NCBI GenBank assembly: GCA_016219925.1
Contig: JACRJU010000015.1
Span: 4,672 to 68,671 of the forward strand
Reading direction: 5' to 3'
DNA: 64,000 nt
From: Candidatus Uhrbacteria bacterium
GTDB taxonomy: Bacteria > Patescibacteriota > Patescibacteriia > UBA9934 > GWF2-40-263
How positions within the stretch are numbered: the first letter of the stretch is position 1; every line of letters begins with the position of its first letter. The position numbers were made by a program, and so were the translations under genes. The notes beneath the pieces are model-generated. The model did no database searches. It worked only from the letters and a program-made list of their open reading frames with translations, and was not told the origin of the DNA. Below are positions 30,679 to 42,095 of this stretch, piece after piece.

Positions 30679-31146
30679 ATGCCTTCTGCCTCTACCCCAT
30701 TTGTTTCCCGACTTGTTCGGTGGCGATATCTGGTGTTCATCAATCTGATCTTGATTGGGTTTCTGGGATTTACGCTTGGACGGGAGTGGTGGCACGCGCG
30801 GGATATTCAAAGAGAAATCAATCATTTGCAAGCTCAAGCGGATACCTTGACCAAGAGAAATAGTGAATTAGCCGAGTTGCAAAGCGCCGTGCAGACCCAG
30901 TCGTTTATCGAGCGCGAGGCGCGGCTGAAACTCGGATTGAAAAAACCCGGAGAGGAAGTGGTCGTGATTCAACCCCGCGAAACTTCCGGGACGCCAAATG
31001 CGGAACAACAGGTTGATGGATCAGATCCTTTACATCTGGTTATCCCCAAAGAAACCTCGCGACCACAGGTTCCCAACGCGACCAAATGGTGGTATTACTT
31101 CTTTAATAAAAATGCGTTCACAGAACTTGCGCGATATGATGATTGA
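30679..31146 (+). CDS. Septum formation initiator (FtsB/DivIC-like)
   Basis: TM, coiled coil, IEREARLKLGLKKPGE. Confidence 0.8.
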   Translation: MPSASTPFVSRLVRWRYLVFINLILIGFLGFTLGREWWHARDIQREINHLQAQADTLTKRNSELAELQSAVQTQSFIEREARLKLGLKKPGEEVVVIQPRETSGTPNAEQQVDGSDPLHLVIPKETSRPQVPNATKWWYYFFNKNAFTELARYDD

Positions 31147-32068
31147 AAAACAAGAACCCATTCAAGAAGGATTGCCTGCATCACCTTCTTCAGAAACCAC
31201 GCGGCGCCAACGCCCGTTTTTTCTGTTTCTGGTCGTGCTTGGGTGCCTGGCCGTTTTGAGCATTGGGATGTATGGGTTGCCCCCGACGAGTCCTTTGGTC
31301 CGCGCGGTGAGTCGGGTTTTGCCTTATCCGGCTGTCGTCGTGAATACCTCTGTGATCACTCTGGGGGATTACGCAAATGAATACGATGCTCTGATAAAGT
31401 TTGTTGTTTCTGCAGATACGCAAAAACCACCGTCCGATGAGGTTGTGCGTCAAACGATTCTTGAAGCTCTGACCAACAAAGCGGCCATACGGGCACTGGC
31501 GCGTACCTCTGGTGTAAAGCTGGATCAGAAAAAAGTCGAAGCGTTTTATCAGGATGTGGTAAAGGGCGAGGAGAGCGAGCAGGCCTTGTCCAAGCAATTA
31601 AAAGAAACATTTGGTTGGAGCACCCAGCAATTTAAGAAGCGCATTATTGAGTCGATTGTTTTGGCGATGCAGATGAGCGATAGCGTCCTGCACGATGCGA
31701 AACAGCAAGAAGGACCGCGTGCGGATATTCAAGAAGCGTTGAAACGGTTGGATGCGGGAGAGGAGTTCACGACGGTCGCGGCGGATGTCCAGCAAAAACA
31801 AGGGGGCGCCCCGCAGGGGGATTTGGGGTATCAATCGGTTGGATCGCTTCCGACGGAATGGGCTCCAGCCGCTTCGCTCAAGATTGGCGAACGTACACCG
31901 ATTTTGGAATCGGATCAGGGGTTTGTGATTTTGAAGGTCGTCGATCGCATCGAGGCGGGTGAAGATTCGCAGGTGCATTTGCTTGCGGTTGCGGTTCCGA
32001 AGAAGACACTCGAGGACGCGGTGAAGGCGTACCTTGCCGAGGCTCGGGTGTGGACATTTATTCGTTGA
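31136..32068 (+). CDS. SurA/PrsA-like parvulin peptidyl-prolyl isomerase
   Basis: TM anchor, helical domain, GEEF..VA..GDLGY..ES..GF.ILKV. Confidence 0.75.
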   Translation: MMIEKQEPIQEGLPASPSSETTRRQRPFFLFLVVLGCLAVLSIGMYGLPPTSPLVRAVSRVLPYPAVVVNTSVITLGDYANEYDALIKFVVSADTQKPPSDEVVRQTILEALTNKAAIRALARTSGVKLDQKKVEAFYQDVVKGEESEQALSKQLKETFGWSTQQFKKRIIESIVLAMQMSDSVLHDAKQQEGPRADIQEALKRLDAGEEFTTVAADVQQKQGGAPQGDLGYQSVGSLPTEWAPAASLKIGERTPILESDQGFVILKVVDRIEAGEDSQVHLLAVAVPKKTLEDAVKAYLAEARVWTFIR

Positions 32069-32177
32069 CGGTTTCATTGACCATCGAGGACGTTTCTGGC
32101 AGAATGCGGGTCGTGCCGAGGCGATTCACTCGGCGTCTATCTTTATTGGATCGATAGAGAGCGTTGGGTAAAAACAG

Positions 32178-32253
32178 GCCGATGTAGCTCAGCTGGTAGA
32201 GCAATGCTTTCGTAAAGCAGAGGTCGCGGGTTCGATTCCCGCCATCGGCTCCA
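32178..32253 (+). tRNA. tRNA-Thr(CGT)
   Basis: GCCGATG acceptor stem, loop TTCGTAA, GTTCGATTC, CCA. Confidence 0.95.
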
Positions 32254-32286
32254 CTCAAATAATATTAACGATCCCAAAATTTTTGT

Positions 32287-32360
32287 GCGGGATTCGTACA
32301 GTGGGAGTATGCAAGCTTCCCAAGCTTGAGACGCGGGTTCGATTCCCGTATCCCGCTCCA
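32287..32360 (+). tRNA. tRNA-Gly(CCC)
   Basis: GCGGGAT acceptor stem, loop TTCCCAA, CCA. Confidence 0.95.
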
Positions 32361-32451
32361 ATAAAAAGACTCCAGTTCACCTGGAGTCTTTTTATTGGAG
32401 TCTATTTACAAGTTTATCTGGCGCGTTTTTTTTGGTATCATATCTGTGCGT

Positions 32452-33213
32452 ATGAAAAAGGTTGTTTCGTTCGGCTTGTCTATGCTCTTCGTGGCCTTGT
32501 CCGCGTTTTCCGCGCAGGCTCAATCATTCGAAAGCGTTGTCTCGACATCCTTCGATGCCCAGACGATCGTCAAAGGCTACACGCTTTCCTCTGATGATAG
32601 CCTCATGCGTTTGGGAATTCGGCCCGGGACCCTCAACGTGGAGACACGTGTGGATATCAAAACGCTCGATTCTTCCCTCATGGCCGATGCGCTTCCGGAA
32701 GATCGAATGCTCGTCGGAAATATCTATTTGTTCGATATTCTCAATAAGACCAGCTACGATGGAAAGGACTTTTTCTTTCTGGAGATCGCTTATCCGCAAG
32801 ACACGCGTGTGCATGGGAAACGGCGGATCAGCTTCTACAATAAAGTAAAATTGCGATGGGAAGAGTTGCCCTCACAAGACCATCCTAAAACATCCTCGGT
32901 GCGCGCGCTCATTCATCTTCCTTATGCGCGTCTCGCCATCTTTGAAGAGACGATCCCCGAGGTTGGGCAGGCGAGTTGGTACGGGTATCGCGGATGCGAC
33001 TGTGCGGCCTCGCCGGATTACCCCAAAGGGAGCTCTCTCGTTGTCGAACGCGTAGATGATCCAACCAAAACCGTAACGGTAAAGGTGAACGATTATGGAC
33101 CGGATCGCGAAGGGCATCCCGAGCGCGTGATTGATCTGGATAAAGTGGCGTTTAAAAAACTCGCGCCACTTGGCGCAGGGGTCATCGACGTTAGAGTTCG
33201 TCTGCTTCAATAA
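32452..33213 (+). CDS. Exported protein with C-terminal RlpA-like DPBB domain
   Basis: Signal peptide; GQASWY...VKVNDYGP..RVIDL...F..LAPL..GVI.V. Confidence 0.8.
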   Translation: MKKVVSFGLSMLFVALSAFSAQAQSFESVVSTSFDAQTIVKGYTLSSDDSLMRLGIRPGTLNVETRVDIKTLDSSLMADALPEDRMLVGNIYLFDILNKTSYDGKDFFFLEIAYPQDTRVHGKRRISFYNKVKLRWEELPSQDHPKTSSVRALIHLPYARLAIFEETIPEVGQASWYGYRGCDCAASPDYPKGSSLVVERVDDPTKTVTVKVNDYGPDREGHPERVIDLDKVAFKKLAPLGAGVIDVRVRLLQ

Positions 33214-33221
33214 TTTTCCAC

Positions 33222-33902
33222 ATGATTTCCCTCAAACACGTCTCCAAAATCTATCCTCCCAATGTGGTCGGCGTTGAGGCGATCAGTTTGCATATCAAGC
33301 CGGGCGAATTTGTGTCCATTGTCGGGCAGAGCGGAACAGGGAAGTCCACGCTGGCGAAATTATTATTTGCAGAAGAGCGTCCCACGCGCGGGACGATTGA
33401 AATTGGCGGTTGGGACATCACCAACATTCGCGATCACGAAGTGCCGCTTCTACGTCGTCAGATCGGAGTGGTCTTTCAAGATTTTAAGTTGCTCCAAAAG
33501 AAAACGGTTTATGAAAACATTGCTTTTGCGCTTCAAGTTTCAGGCACGCCGGCCAAGCGCATCCGCGACGTAGTGCCCCTCGTGCTCAACATTGTGAACC
33601 TGTCGGATAAAACTGACCGGTATCCCGGCCAGCTCTCTGGTGGGGAAGCCCAGCGTGTGGCTATCGCGCGCTCGCTTGTCCATCAACCCAAAGTGCTTGT
33701 GGCGGACGAGCCGACCGGCAATCTGGATACATTGAATGCGGGAGAGATTCTCGATCTGCTCAAAAAAATTAATGAATTTGGCACGACGGTGGTGCTCGTG
33801 ACGCACGACCGCGATATCGTAAACCGTTTGAAACGACGGGTGATTACTCTGGACGGAGGAAAAATTGTTTCGGATGTCGAAGAAGGGCGGTATCGCCTCT
33901 AA
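33222..33902 (+). CDS. ftsE: Cell division ATP-binding protein FtsE
   Basis: GQSGTGKST, LRRQIGVVFQDFKLL, LSGGE, ADEPTGNLD. Confidence 0.93.
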   Translation: MISLKHVSKIYPPNVVGVEAISLHIKPGEFVSIVGQSGTGKSTLAKLLFAEERPTRGTIEIGGWDITNIRDHEVPLLRRQIGVVFQDFKLLQKKTVYENIAFALQVSGTPAKRIRDVVPLVLNIVNLSDKTDRYPGQLSGGEAQRVAIARSLVHQPKVLVADEPTGNLDTLNAGEILDLLKKINEFGTTVVLVTHDRDIVNRLKRRVITLDGGKIVSDVEEGRYRL

Positions 33903-33907
33903 GAGAT

Positions 33908-34825
33908 ATGTTCTTGATTTCTTCTTATCGAGTTGGAAAGTTCGCCCTGCAAAATTTTTGGAGGAATTTTTGGTTATCGGTTATTACGATCACCATGCTC
34001 ATGTTGACGTTACTTACGGTCAACATCATTGTCGTGCTCAACTACGTGACGGATCGAGCGATCCAAGCGGTTGAGGATCGTGTTGAAGTCTCAGTCTATT
34101 TTTACGCGACTTCGCCGCAAACCGCTGTGGACAATGCCGTCGCCTATCTGCGCTCAATCAGTCAAGTGCGTAACGTGCAGGTCATCACGGCCGATGAGGC
34201 GCTGACGCAATTCAAAGATCGCCATGCCGGGGATGAAGTCATCACTAAGTCGCTCGAGGAAATCGGCAATAACCCCTTTGGGCCGTCGCTCGTGGTTAAG
34301 GCCAAGCAGGTTTCTGACTTCGATCTTATTTTAGAGGCTCTTGAGAATCCGCAGTTCCGCGACCAGATTCGCGAGAAAGATTTCTCCAACTATCAAGATA
34401 TTGTCGCGCGCATCAAAGACACCACTCAACGTATTCGGATGTTTGGTTTGGCATTGAGTGGAGTCTTTCTCTTTATTGCCATTCTGATTGTTTTTAACAC
34501 GGTGCGTATGAGTCTCTTCATTCATCGCGAGGAGATCGGCATTATGAAACTCGTTGGCGCCTCCAATGGATTCGTGCGTTCGCCATTTTTGCTTGAGATG
34601 ATTTTATTGAGTTTGGTTGCCTTGGTGGCGACCTTAGCGATTGTGTATCCATCGCTGGCCGCGCTTGAGCCGAAGTTCGGTTATTATTTTGGCGGGGAGA
34701 CCATTGGGTTGATTGATTATTTTGAAAAGAACGGTTGGGAAATTTTTGGCTTGCAGTTTGTTGGGCTCGCGGCGTTGACGCTGATTTCGACCGGATTGGC
34801 AATGCGCAAGTATTTGAAGGTATAA
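33908..34825 (+). CDS. ftsX: Cell division permease FtsX
   Basis: Follows ftsE; NT.R..IHREEI.IMKLVGAS..F.R.PF. Confidence 0.9.
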   Translation: MFLISSYRVGKFALQNFWRNFWLSVITITMLMLTLLTVNIIVVLNYVTDRAIQAVEDRVEVSVYFYATSPQTAVDNAVAYLRSISQVRNVQVITADEALTQFKDRHAGDEVITKSLEEIGNNPFGPSLVVKAKQVSDFDLILEALENPQFRDQIREKDFSNYQDIVARIKDTTQRIRMFGLALSGVFLFIAILIVFNTVRMSLFIHREEIGIMKLVGASNGFVRSPFLLEMILLSLVALVATLAIVYPSLAALEPKFGYYFGGETIGLIDYFEKNGWEIFGLQFVGLAALTLISTGLAMRKYLKV

Positions 34826-34832
34826 GGGTTTT

Positions 34833-35192
34833 ATGAATCCTGACCTTCTGCGGGGACTGATCATATGGGCGCTGTTGTCTGTTGGTGCTTTTTTATTTTG
34901 GGTATTTATCCCGGAGTTCCAGATCGTTCCCGTGTGGGGATGGGGAGCGATTTCCTCGAATGCGGCGACGTGCGCGCTTGTTTTTTTGGATAAAGTTTTT
35001 GCCCGTGTAGGTTTCAGGCGCATTCCAGAGATGGCTTTTTATCTTGCGACCTTTTTAGGAGGATCCTTTGGCATGCTGGTTGGGATGTACGCTTTTTCTC
35101 ATAAGACACGCAAGACCTCGTTTCAAATTGTTGTCGGCGCGCTTGTGCTCGCACAAGCGGCGATGGTTGTTTGGATGGGGATAAGACTTTAG
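34833..35192 (+). CDS. DUF1294-like membrane protein
   Basis: DK..A....RRIPE......GG..G...GM..F.HKTRK..F. Confidence 0.8.
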   Translation: MNPDLLRGLIIWALLSVGAFLFWVFIPEFQIVPVWGWGAISSNAATCALVFLDKVFARVGFRRIPEMAFYLATFLGGSFGMLVGMYAFSHKTRKTSFQIVVGALVLAQAAMVVWMGIRL

Positions 35193-35285
35193 TGGCGTCT
35201 GGGACGGCGTGTCCCCCAACCCTCTTGCGTAAAAATCCCTGTTGAAAAAAGTAAGACGTGCACCAAAAAGGTGAACGTCTTACTT

Positions 35286-35359
35286 TGGTTCCCGGGCAGG
35301 GACTCGAACCCCGATACTCAGGACCAAAACCTGATGTCCTGCCGTTAGACGACCCGGGA
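35286..35359 (-). tRNA. tRNA-Gln(TTG)
   Basis: TCCCGGG acceptor stem, loop TTTTGGT, CCA. Confidence 0.95.
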
Positions 35360-35436
35360 ATAACGCCGACATCATATGCTAGACACAATTTTTTTTCAAT
35401 GTTACGATCGCTCAAGTTCTTTTTGGAGGGATATTG

Positions 35437-36312
35437 ATGTCTGCGCCTGTCTGTCATCGTTCGCGTTCTGCGGCAAGGACTCCAAGCCCGCAGGTTCATC
35501 CTTCGCGATCTGTCTCGACGCGTCGGTTGCCCGAGGGCGACTACACGCTCATCATCGGCGGGACGTCAGGCCTTGGCCGGGAGATTGCGCTCCAATGCTT
35601 GGAGCGCAATGTGACGCCTATCGTGCTCGGTCGGAGCGCTCAACGCGCCGTGGCTGATCAAGACCTCAAGAAGGCCGTGCCCTTCACTCTGGATCTGTTC
35701 GATCTGGGCCGCCTTGCCTCTTCAATCCATCGCCTTCTGCGGTTCATCGATCAGGCCAACATCACGCACCTCTTCTGGGTGGCTGGGATCGCCCAGTCCA
35801 GGCCTTTCCTCGATTTGACGCGCATCGAGATCGCCCATCTGCTCGGCGTCCATCTGGAAGGATCGCTTCTGCTTTTGCACAGTCTCCTCAACCAACGCAA
35901 GGAACGTGGCCAGCCTGTGCACCTTGTCGTCGTCTCTTCCACAAGCGTCTACGGGGACTGCAACGGCAACGAGCTCCTTAACGCAGTTCAGGCGGCCAAG
36001 GCGAGCGTCGCACGCGGTCTCGCCAGTTCGCTCTTGCGCGATGTTCCCGGTTCGCTCGTGTCGCTGTTCATGCTTGCGGCCATGGATACGGCGTTCCACA
36101 CGGATCGCTCCGTCGATTCTACGTCGCTCCTCCAGCCCGAACAAGTGGCCACCATCATGGCCGTGCAGACCGGTGTCGGCCACGGTCCGACCCACCGTCC
36201 TTCGCAGATGTCTACGGTCACGACGCCGTTCGCGCGCTTCCTCGTGGAGCGCGAGCTCGACGGTTCACCGCGTGTGAACCTCTACACCGCGTTTCCCGAT
36301 CAACCCTTCTAG
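35437..36312 (+). CDS. SDR family oxidoreductase, divergent and GC-rich
   Basis: IIGGTSGLGREIA, VSS; canonical YxxxK not evident. Confidence 0.7.
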   Translation: MSAPVCHRSRSAARTPSPQVHPSRSVSTRRLPEGDYTLIIGGTSGLGREIALQCLERNVTPIVLGRSAQRAVADQDLKKAVPFTLDLFDLGRLASSIHRLLRFIDQANITHLFWVAGIAQSRPFLDLTRIEIAHLLGVHLEGSLLLLHSLLNQRKERGQPVHLVVVSSTSVYGDCNGNELLNAVQAAKASVARGLASSLLRDVPGSLVSLFMLAAMDTAFHTDRSVDSTSLLQPEQVATIMAVQTGVGHGPTHRPSQMSTVTTPFARFLVERELDGSPRVNLYTAFPDQPF

Positions 36313-36380
36313 CCCACCCCGGGCTTTTTTGTTACACTTTCTTTACCCTCTTTACGTTCTGAATGATAAGTCATTGTCGA

Positions 36381-36443
36381 AGTGATCCTTTACCGGAGGG
36401 AACAACGGCGACGAGTCTGTTGGCCCGGAGGCAGAGGATCACT
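36381..36443 (-). repeat. Palindromic element copy B (reverse orientation): 14-bp stem + 35-nt core
   Basis: Reverse complement AGTGATCCTCTGCC-[TCCGGGCCAACAGACTCGTCGCCGTTGTTCCCTCC]-GGTAAAGGATCACT. Confidence 0.88.
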
Positions 36444-36460
36444 CCGAATATTCAATCATT

Positions 36461-36943
36461 ATGAAACCCACCTGCCTTTTTATCGGTCGTTTCCAACCGT
36501 TTCACATCGGCCATCTTATGGTCGTTCAGGGGATGACAAAAGTTTGTGGACGCATTGTCATCGGCATCGGGAGTGCTGATAAAAAGGGATCGGACGAGAA
36601 TCCTTTCAGCGTCGAAGAGCGCAAAGAGATGATCCAACGCGCTCTTCAAGCGGAAGATATCATTCCGATGTTTGATGTGGAATTTGTGGAGCTTCCCGAT
36701 CAGCCCCAAGACGAAGCTTGGACGCAGCTTGTTTTGGAAAAAGTGGGACGCATCGACAAAATTTGGACGGGCAATGAAGACACCAAGAATTGCTTTGAAG
36801 GAAAAACTGAAATTCAGTGGATCAAAGAAGTGCCGGGTTTCAACGGCACAGAGATTCGCGCGATGATGAAGAAAGGCGGGTACTGGGAAGAAAAAGTTCC
36901 GGATGATGTCGCCAGTTTTATCAAGCAGACGGGTCGTTATTAG
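36461..36943 (+). CDS. Nicotinamide-nucleotide adenylyltransferase (NadM-like)
   Basis: FIGRFQPFHIGH, IGIGS, NPFS..ER, GTEIR, WEEKVP. Confidence 0.85.
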   Translation: MKPTCLFIGRFQPFHIGHLMVVQGMTKVCGRIVIGIGSADKKGSDENPFSVEERKEMIQRALQAEDIIPMFDVEFVELPDQPQDEAWTQLVLEKVGRIDKIWTGNEDTKNCFEGKTEIQWIKEVPGFNGTEIRAMMKKGGYWEEKVPDDVASFIKQTGRY

Positions 36944-37035
36944 TGTTCGACATTTGTTCGTAAACCTGTTAGCATAAAAGCACAACAAAAATGATCCCAC
37001 CCCTAGGGTTAGACCAACCCGAGGGGCATTTCTGT

Positions 37036-39021
37036 ATGAACTTCAAACTCCATTCCTCTTATCAACCAGCTGGTGATCAACCAAAAGCGATTGAACAGCT
37101 TGTGGATGGCCTTGACGCAGGTGAACGTTCTCAAACTTTGCTCGGGGTTACCGGTTCAGGAAAAACTTTCACCATCGCCAATGTGATCGAACGCGTTCAG
37201 CGACCAACATTGGTGATTGCGCACAACAAAACTCTCGCGGCCCAGCTCTGCAATGAATTTCGCGAGTTTTTTCCGGAGAACGCTGTGGAATATTTTGTAA
37301 GCTACTACGATTATTATCAACCGGAGGCGTACATGCCACGCACCGATACGTACATCGAAAAGGAAGCCATGATCAACGAAGAAATCGATCGCCTCCGCCA
37401 TGCGGCCACGCAAGCTTTATTGAGTCGGCGCGATGTGATCGTTGTCGCTTCGGTGTCTTGTATTTATAACTTGGGAAGTCCAAAGGCGTACGAACGTGAA
37501 ATGTTGCATGTGGCCGAAGGACAAAGAGAACCCCGTGAAAACATCATCCGTCGACTCATCGAAATGCAATTTGAACGAACGAATGCGGATTTGACGCGCG
37601 GACATTTTCGTATGCATGGCGATGTGCTCGAACTGATGCCGATGAATCAAGAAGTGTTGTATCGCCTGTTGATGGAAGACGAGGAGATCATCACGATTCA
37701 GGAACTTGATCCGATCACGCGAAAAATCAAACAAGCCGTGCACGATATCTGGGTCTTTCCAGCTAAGCACTATGTCGTTTCAACCTCCGCCCAGAAAGAC
37801 GCGATTCATGCTATCCGACACGAACTTGCGGGACGGTTGAAAGAACTCGAAGCGGCCGGATTGGTGCTTGAAGCCGAACGGTTGAGTCGTCGCACACGCT
37901 ACGATCTTGAATTGATCGAACAGATCGGTTATTGCAACGGCATCGAAAATTATTCGCGCTACTTTGACGGGCGAGCGCCTGGGGAATCTCCTCAAACACT
38001 CATGGATTATTTCCCAGAAGATTTTTTAATGGTGGTTGATGAATCGCATGTGACGATTCCGCAGGTTTCGGGAATGTACAACGGCGATCAGGCGCGCAAG
38101 AAAACTCTGATCGAACATGGGTTTCGTCTTCCGTCCGCTTTAGACAATCGTCCGCTGCAGTTTAAAGAATTTGAAGGCAAATTTTCTCAAGTGATCTTCA
38201 CGACCGCCACTCCCGGCCCGTACGAAAAAAATGTTTCTTCGCGTGTAGTCGAACAGATCATTCGGCCGACGGGCTTGGTGGATCCAAAAATTTTTGTGCG
38301 GCCGGTATCGGGTGAGGTGGGGCAGGTTGAAGATCTGATCAAGGAAATCGAGAAGCGCGCGGCGAAGAAAGAGCGCGCGCTGGTGACGACGCTGACCAAG
38401 AAAATGGCGGAAGACCTTACGGAATTTTTGCAAGAGAAGGGGATCAAAGTTCAGTATCTCCATTCGGATGTCGAAACGCTGGATCGCATTACCGTGCTCA
38501 CGGATTTGCGTCGCGGCGCGCACGATGTGGTCGTCGGGGTGAACTTGCTTCGCGAGGGGCTGGATCTTCCGGAAGTGACGCTTGTGGCGATTTTGGATGC
38601 GGATAAAGAGGGATTCCTGCGTTCAGAGACGTCTATTATCCAAACGATCGGGCGCGCGGCGCGTAATGTGAACGGAGAAGTCATTTTGTATGCCGATGAA
38701 TTGACCGGTTCGCTCAAACGCGCGATTAAAGAAACCGATCGTCGTCGCAAACTCCAAGTGGCGTATAACGAAGCGCATGGTATTACTCCTGAAACGGTGC
38801 ACAAAGCGATTGGCGATATTCGCGCGATGCTTGGAGGTGAGGAGGAAAAACAAACGAACGATGTGCTCGCGCTTGAGTTGACTGCCGAGCCGCATGAAAT
38901 TGAAGAGGTTATCAAAGAAAAAGGTCACGAGATGCGGGAGGCCGCGCGTAAACTGGATTTTGAAACCGCGGCGCTCTTGCGGGACGAAATTACTCTGCTC
39001 AAGAAAGAATTGAAAAAGTAA
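37036..39021 (+). CDS. uvrB: Excinuclease ABC subunit B
   Basis: [36 protein letters not shown]. Confidence 0.98.
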   Translation: MNFKLHSSYQPAGDQPKAIEQLVDGLDAGERSQTLLGVTGSGKTFTIANVIERVQRPTLVIAHNKTLAAQLCNEFREFFPENAVEYFVSYYDYYQPEAYMPRTDTYIEKEAMINEEIDRLRHAATQALLSRRDVIVVASVSCIYNLGSPKAYEREMLHVAEGQREPRENIIRRLIEMQFERTNADLTRGHFRMHGDVLELMPMNQEVLYRLLMEDEEIITIQELDPITRKIKQAVHDIWVFPAKHYVVSTSAQKDAIHAIRHELAGRLKELEAAGLVLEAERLSRRTRYDLELIEQIGYCNGIENYSRYFDGRAPGESPQTLMDYFPEDFLMVVDESHVTIPQVSGMYNGDQARKKTLIEHGFRLPSALDNRPLQFKEFEGKFSQVIFTTATPGPYEKNVSSRVVEQIIRPTGLVDPKIFVRPVSGEVGQVEDLIKEIEKRAAKKERALVTTLTKKMAEDLTEFLQEKGIKVQYLHSDVETLDRITVLTDLRRGAHDVVVGVNLLREGLDLPEVTLVAILDADKEGFLRSETSIIQTIGRAARNVNGEVILYADELTGSLKRAIKETDRRRKLQVAYNEAHGITPETVHKAIGDIRAMLGGEEEKQTNDVLALELTAEPHEIEEVIKEKGHEMREAARKLDFETAALLRDEITLLKKELKK

Positions 39022-39026
39022 TCAGT

Positions 39027-41564
39027 ATGCAAGACAAAATCATCATTAAAGGGGCGCGGGAGCATAATCTCAAAAATATTTCGCTTGAACTTCCGCGCAA
39101 CAAATTGGTGTGCATGACGGGGGTTTCAGGTTCGGGCAAGTCGAGTTTGGCGTTTGATACGATTTTTGCAGAAGGCCAGCGTCGTTATGTGGAATCGCTT
39201 TCCGCGTACGCGCGGCAATTTTTGGGTCAGATGGAAAAGCCGGACGTGGATGACATTGAAGGATTGTCGCCGGCGATTTCCATTGATCAAAAAGCGCATT
39301 CGAACAATCCTCGATCCACCGTCGCCACCATCACGGAAGTCTACGATTATTTGCGCGTTCTGTTTGCGCGCGTCGGGCGGCCGCATTGCGTGACGTGCGG
39401 GCAAGAGATTCAAAAGCTTACGAACGAGGAAATGGTGGATGTGGTATTGGAAAGGCTTAAAGGGCAAAAAGGAACGAAAGGGATGATCAAAATTCTGGCA
39501 CCGGTCGTTCTTGGCCGCAAAGGGGAGTATTACCAGCTGTTATACGATTTATATAATTCTGGATTTGCGCGCGTGCGCATTGATGGCAAAGAGTATCGGC
39601 TCGATCAACAGATTAAACTCGCCCGTTATCAACAACACACGATTGAAGTCGTGGTGGATACGATCCCCGTCGTCGATCTCTCTGATGGCGTCGATCAGAC
39701 GAAGACTGGTCGTCAGCGTCTTGCCGAAGCGCTTGAAACCGCCATTAGTCGCGGCAATGATGTGGCGACGATCGTCTATCCTGACGGAAAAGAGCAGATG
39801 CTTTCGGCAAAATTCAGTTGTCCAAAAGATGGTTTTTCTTTTCCAGAAATTGAACCGCGCTTGTTTTCATTTAACTCGCCCTATGGGGCCTGTCAGGCCT
39901 GTACCGGGCTTGGGACGGCTGAATTATTTAGCGAGGAGTTGTGTCCGGTGTGTATGGGCGCGCGTTTGCGAAAAGAATCCTTGTACGTGTGGCTGCCTGG
40001 CAGGGAGGAGAAGGGGGTTTCGATTGTGGATGTCACACGTATGTCCATTGACGAAGCGGTCGGCTATTTTTCTTCCATCTCCCTGACAGAAAAACAACAA
40101 GAAATATCGGGGTCGATTTTGAAAGAAATCCAGGGACGGTTGCAGTTTATGTTGGATGTCGGCTTGCATTATCTGACACTCAACCGCATGGCCGGCTCGC
40201 TCTCCGGCGGCGAAGCTCAGTGTATTCGTCTCGCTTCGCAAGTCGGCACGCGATTGGTCGGAGCGATGTATGTGCTTGATGAGCCCACGATCGGGCTTCA
40301 TCAACGCGACAACGATCGTCTCATTCGTACGCTCGAGCATCTGCGCGATTTGGGCAACACTGTGATCGTTGTCGAGCATGATGAGGACACGATTCTCGCA
40401 TCTGACTATATGGTGGAAATCGGGCCGGGGGCTGGACGTCATGGTGGCGAGGTGGTAGCGGCTGGAGCGACGCCGAAGATTTTTGAAGATAAAAAATCGT
40501 TGACCGCGGCGTATTTGCGTGGCGACCAGAAGATTGAAATTCCCAAAGAGCGTCGCACCATTGGCAAGGATGCCATTAAAATCAAAGGCGCTTCACAGAA
40601 TAATCTCAAAAATATTGATGTGGAGATTCCTCTGCGCCGTTTTGTGTGCGTCACGGGTGTTTCGGGTTCAGGCAAATCAACCCTCGCGTATGAGACCATG
40701 TATAAAACCATCGCGAAACGTCTCTATGGCAGTAAACACACCCCCGGTGCGCACAAATCTTTGTTGGGCATCGAGTATATCGACAAGGCGATTTTGATTG
40801 ATCAGTCGGCGATCGGTCGCACCTCGCGCTCCAATCCCGCTACTTATACTGGTGCCTGGGGACCGATTCGAGAGCTGTTTGCTCTGACGGCTGAAGCGCG
40901 CTATCGCGGCTACAAAGTCGGTCGGTTCAGTTTCAATCGGCCTGGTGGTCGATGCGAGCATTGCGAAGGTCATGGCATGATTGCGATCGAAATGCACTTT
41001 TTGCCGACGGTGTATGTGAAGTGTGACGTGTGCAAAGGGCGGCGGTTCGATCGTGAGACGTTGGAGATCGCATACAAGGATAAAAATATTTTTCAAGTGC
41101 TCGAGATGACCGTGGAAGAGGCGCGAGAGTTTTTCAAAGACATTCCAGCCATTGAAGATAAGCTTTCTACACTCAATGACGTTGGATTGTCGTATGTAAA
41201 GCTCGGTCAACCAGCGCCGACATTATCTGGGGGTGAAGCCCAGCGCGTGAAGCTCTCTACAGAACTTTCCAAGCGTCAGACCGGCCGCACGCTTTACTTG
41301 CTTGATGAGCCGACAACCGGTTTGCATTTCGCGGATGTGAAAAAATTGCTCGAAGTGCTTCACATGCTTGTTGACAAGGGAAATTCCGTGATTGTAATCG
41401 AACACAATTTGGACGTGATCAAGACCGCTGATTGGATTATTGATCTGGGACCGGAAGGGGGAGATTTGGGCGGCGAGGTGGTGTTCGCGGGAACTCCGGA
41501 GGAGATCGTCCGTCATGCAAAAAGTTACACCGGGCAGTATCTGAAGCGGGTGTTAAAGAGGTGA
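39027..41564 (+). CDS. uvrA: Excinuclease ABC subunit A
   Basis: GAREHNLKN, two GVSGSGKS Walker A motifs, zinc fingers, LSGGEAQ. Confidence 0.98.
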   Translation: MQDKIIIKGAREHNLKNISLELPRNKLVCMTGVSGSGKSSLAFDTIFAEGQRRYVESLSAYARQFLGQMEKPDVDDIEGLSPAISIDQKAHSNNPRSTVATITEVYDYLRVLFARVGRPHCVTCGQEIQKLTNEEMVDVVLERLKGQKGTKGMIKILAPVVLGRKGEYYQLLYDLYNSGFARVRIDGKEYRLDQQIKLARYQQHTIEVVVDTIPVVDLSDGVDQTKTGRQRLAEALETAISRGNDVATIVYPDGKEQMLSAKFSCPKDGFSFPEIEPRLFSFNSPYGACQACTGLGTAELFSEELCPVCMGARLRKESLYVWLPGREEKGVSIVDVTRMSIDEAVGYFSSISLTEKQQEISGSILKEIQGRLQFMLDVGLHYLTLNRMAGSLSGGEAQCIRLASQVGTRLVGAMYVLDEPTIGLHQRDNDRLIRTLEHLRDLGNTVIVVEHDEDTILASDYMVEIGPGAGRHGGEVVAAGATPKIFEDKKSLTAAYLRGDQKIEIPKERRTIGKDAIKIKGASQNNLKNIDVEIPLRRFVCVTGVSGSGKSTLAYETMYKTIAKRLYGSKHTPGAHKSLLGIEYIDKAILIDQSAIGRTSRSNPATYTGAWGPIRELFALTAEARYRGYKVGRFSFNRPGGRCEHCEGHGMIAIEMHFLPTVYVKCDVCKGRRFDRETLEIAYKDKNIFQVLEMTVEEAREFFKDIPAIEDKLSTLNDVGLSYVKLGQPAPTLSGGEAQRVKLSTELSKRQTGRTLYLLDEPTTGLHFADVKKLLEVLHMLVDKGNSVIVIEHNLDVIKTADWIIDLGPEGGDLGGEVVFAGTPEEIVRHAKSYTGQYLKRVLKR

Positions 41565-41592
41565 TGTGTGAGACGGAATGGCTTCCCCTTGG

Positions 41593-41665
41593 GGTACGAT
41601 GATATGAACACAGGTGAATCACGGGAGGAACCCTATGGATTCCCCTGTGTTCATATCATCGTACC
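41593..41665. repeat. 73-nt hairpin with 22-bp perfect inverted repeat
   Basis: GGTACGATGATATGAACACAGG...CCTGTGTTCATATCATCGTACC. Confidence 0.85.
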
Positions 41666-41783
41666 AACGGATTGTTTGCCGGTCATCTTCACGTTGTCCA
41701 TGTTGATGAAAAGAGATCAGGGCATGTCACAAATCCGTCTCATGAATGGTGATGATGTAAGAGCGGGATCTGTCCGTGTACGC

Positions 41784-41926
41784 CGGCCAGTGGGGGCCCG
41801 GCTGGCCATTTCCCCATCCGTGCTCGCAAGCTGCGCGCGGATGGGAGCCCCATGGCCGCCTGCCCACTAGCCGTGACGGCTTATTCATTCGCAATGCGAC
41901 TTGATTGCCCGAGCTTGTCGAGGGCT
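41784..41926 (+). repeat. 143-bp structured repeat, copy 1
   Basis: 7 mismatches versus the reverse complement of 47820-47962. Confidence 0.92.
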
Positions 41927-42095
41927 GCTCTTGCAATGCGGCGTAGTCCATGCCTCCTCGATATAATCAATCATTCCTCACCGAACGAGCGGGGGGCGTC
42001 GGTCAGGTCTGTACTGATCTGTAATTTGTATCTACCGCAAGCGCAAATAAAAACAGGCGAGAGTGTACCCACCTGTTTCTTCACCTGGTTCTTTG

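Noticed and set aside
32114-32160. Separate ncRNA upstream of tRNA-Thr
   Set aside because: Only two small hairpins in a probable tRNA leader after a TTGACC/CAGAAT promoter; insufficient evidence.
36381-36443. NAD-type riboswitch upstream of the nadM-like gene
   Set aside because: It is a copy of a repeat that also occurs before unrelated genes.
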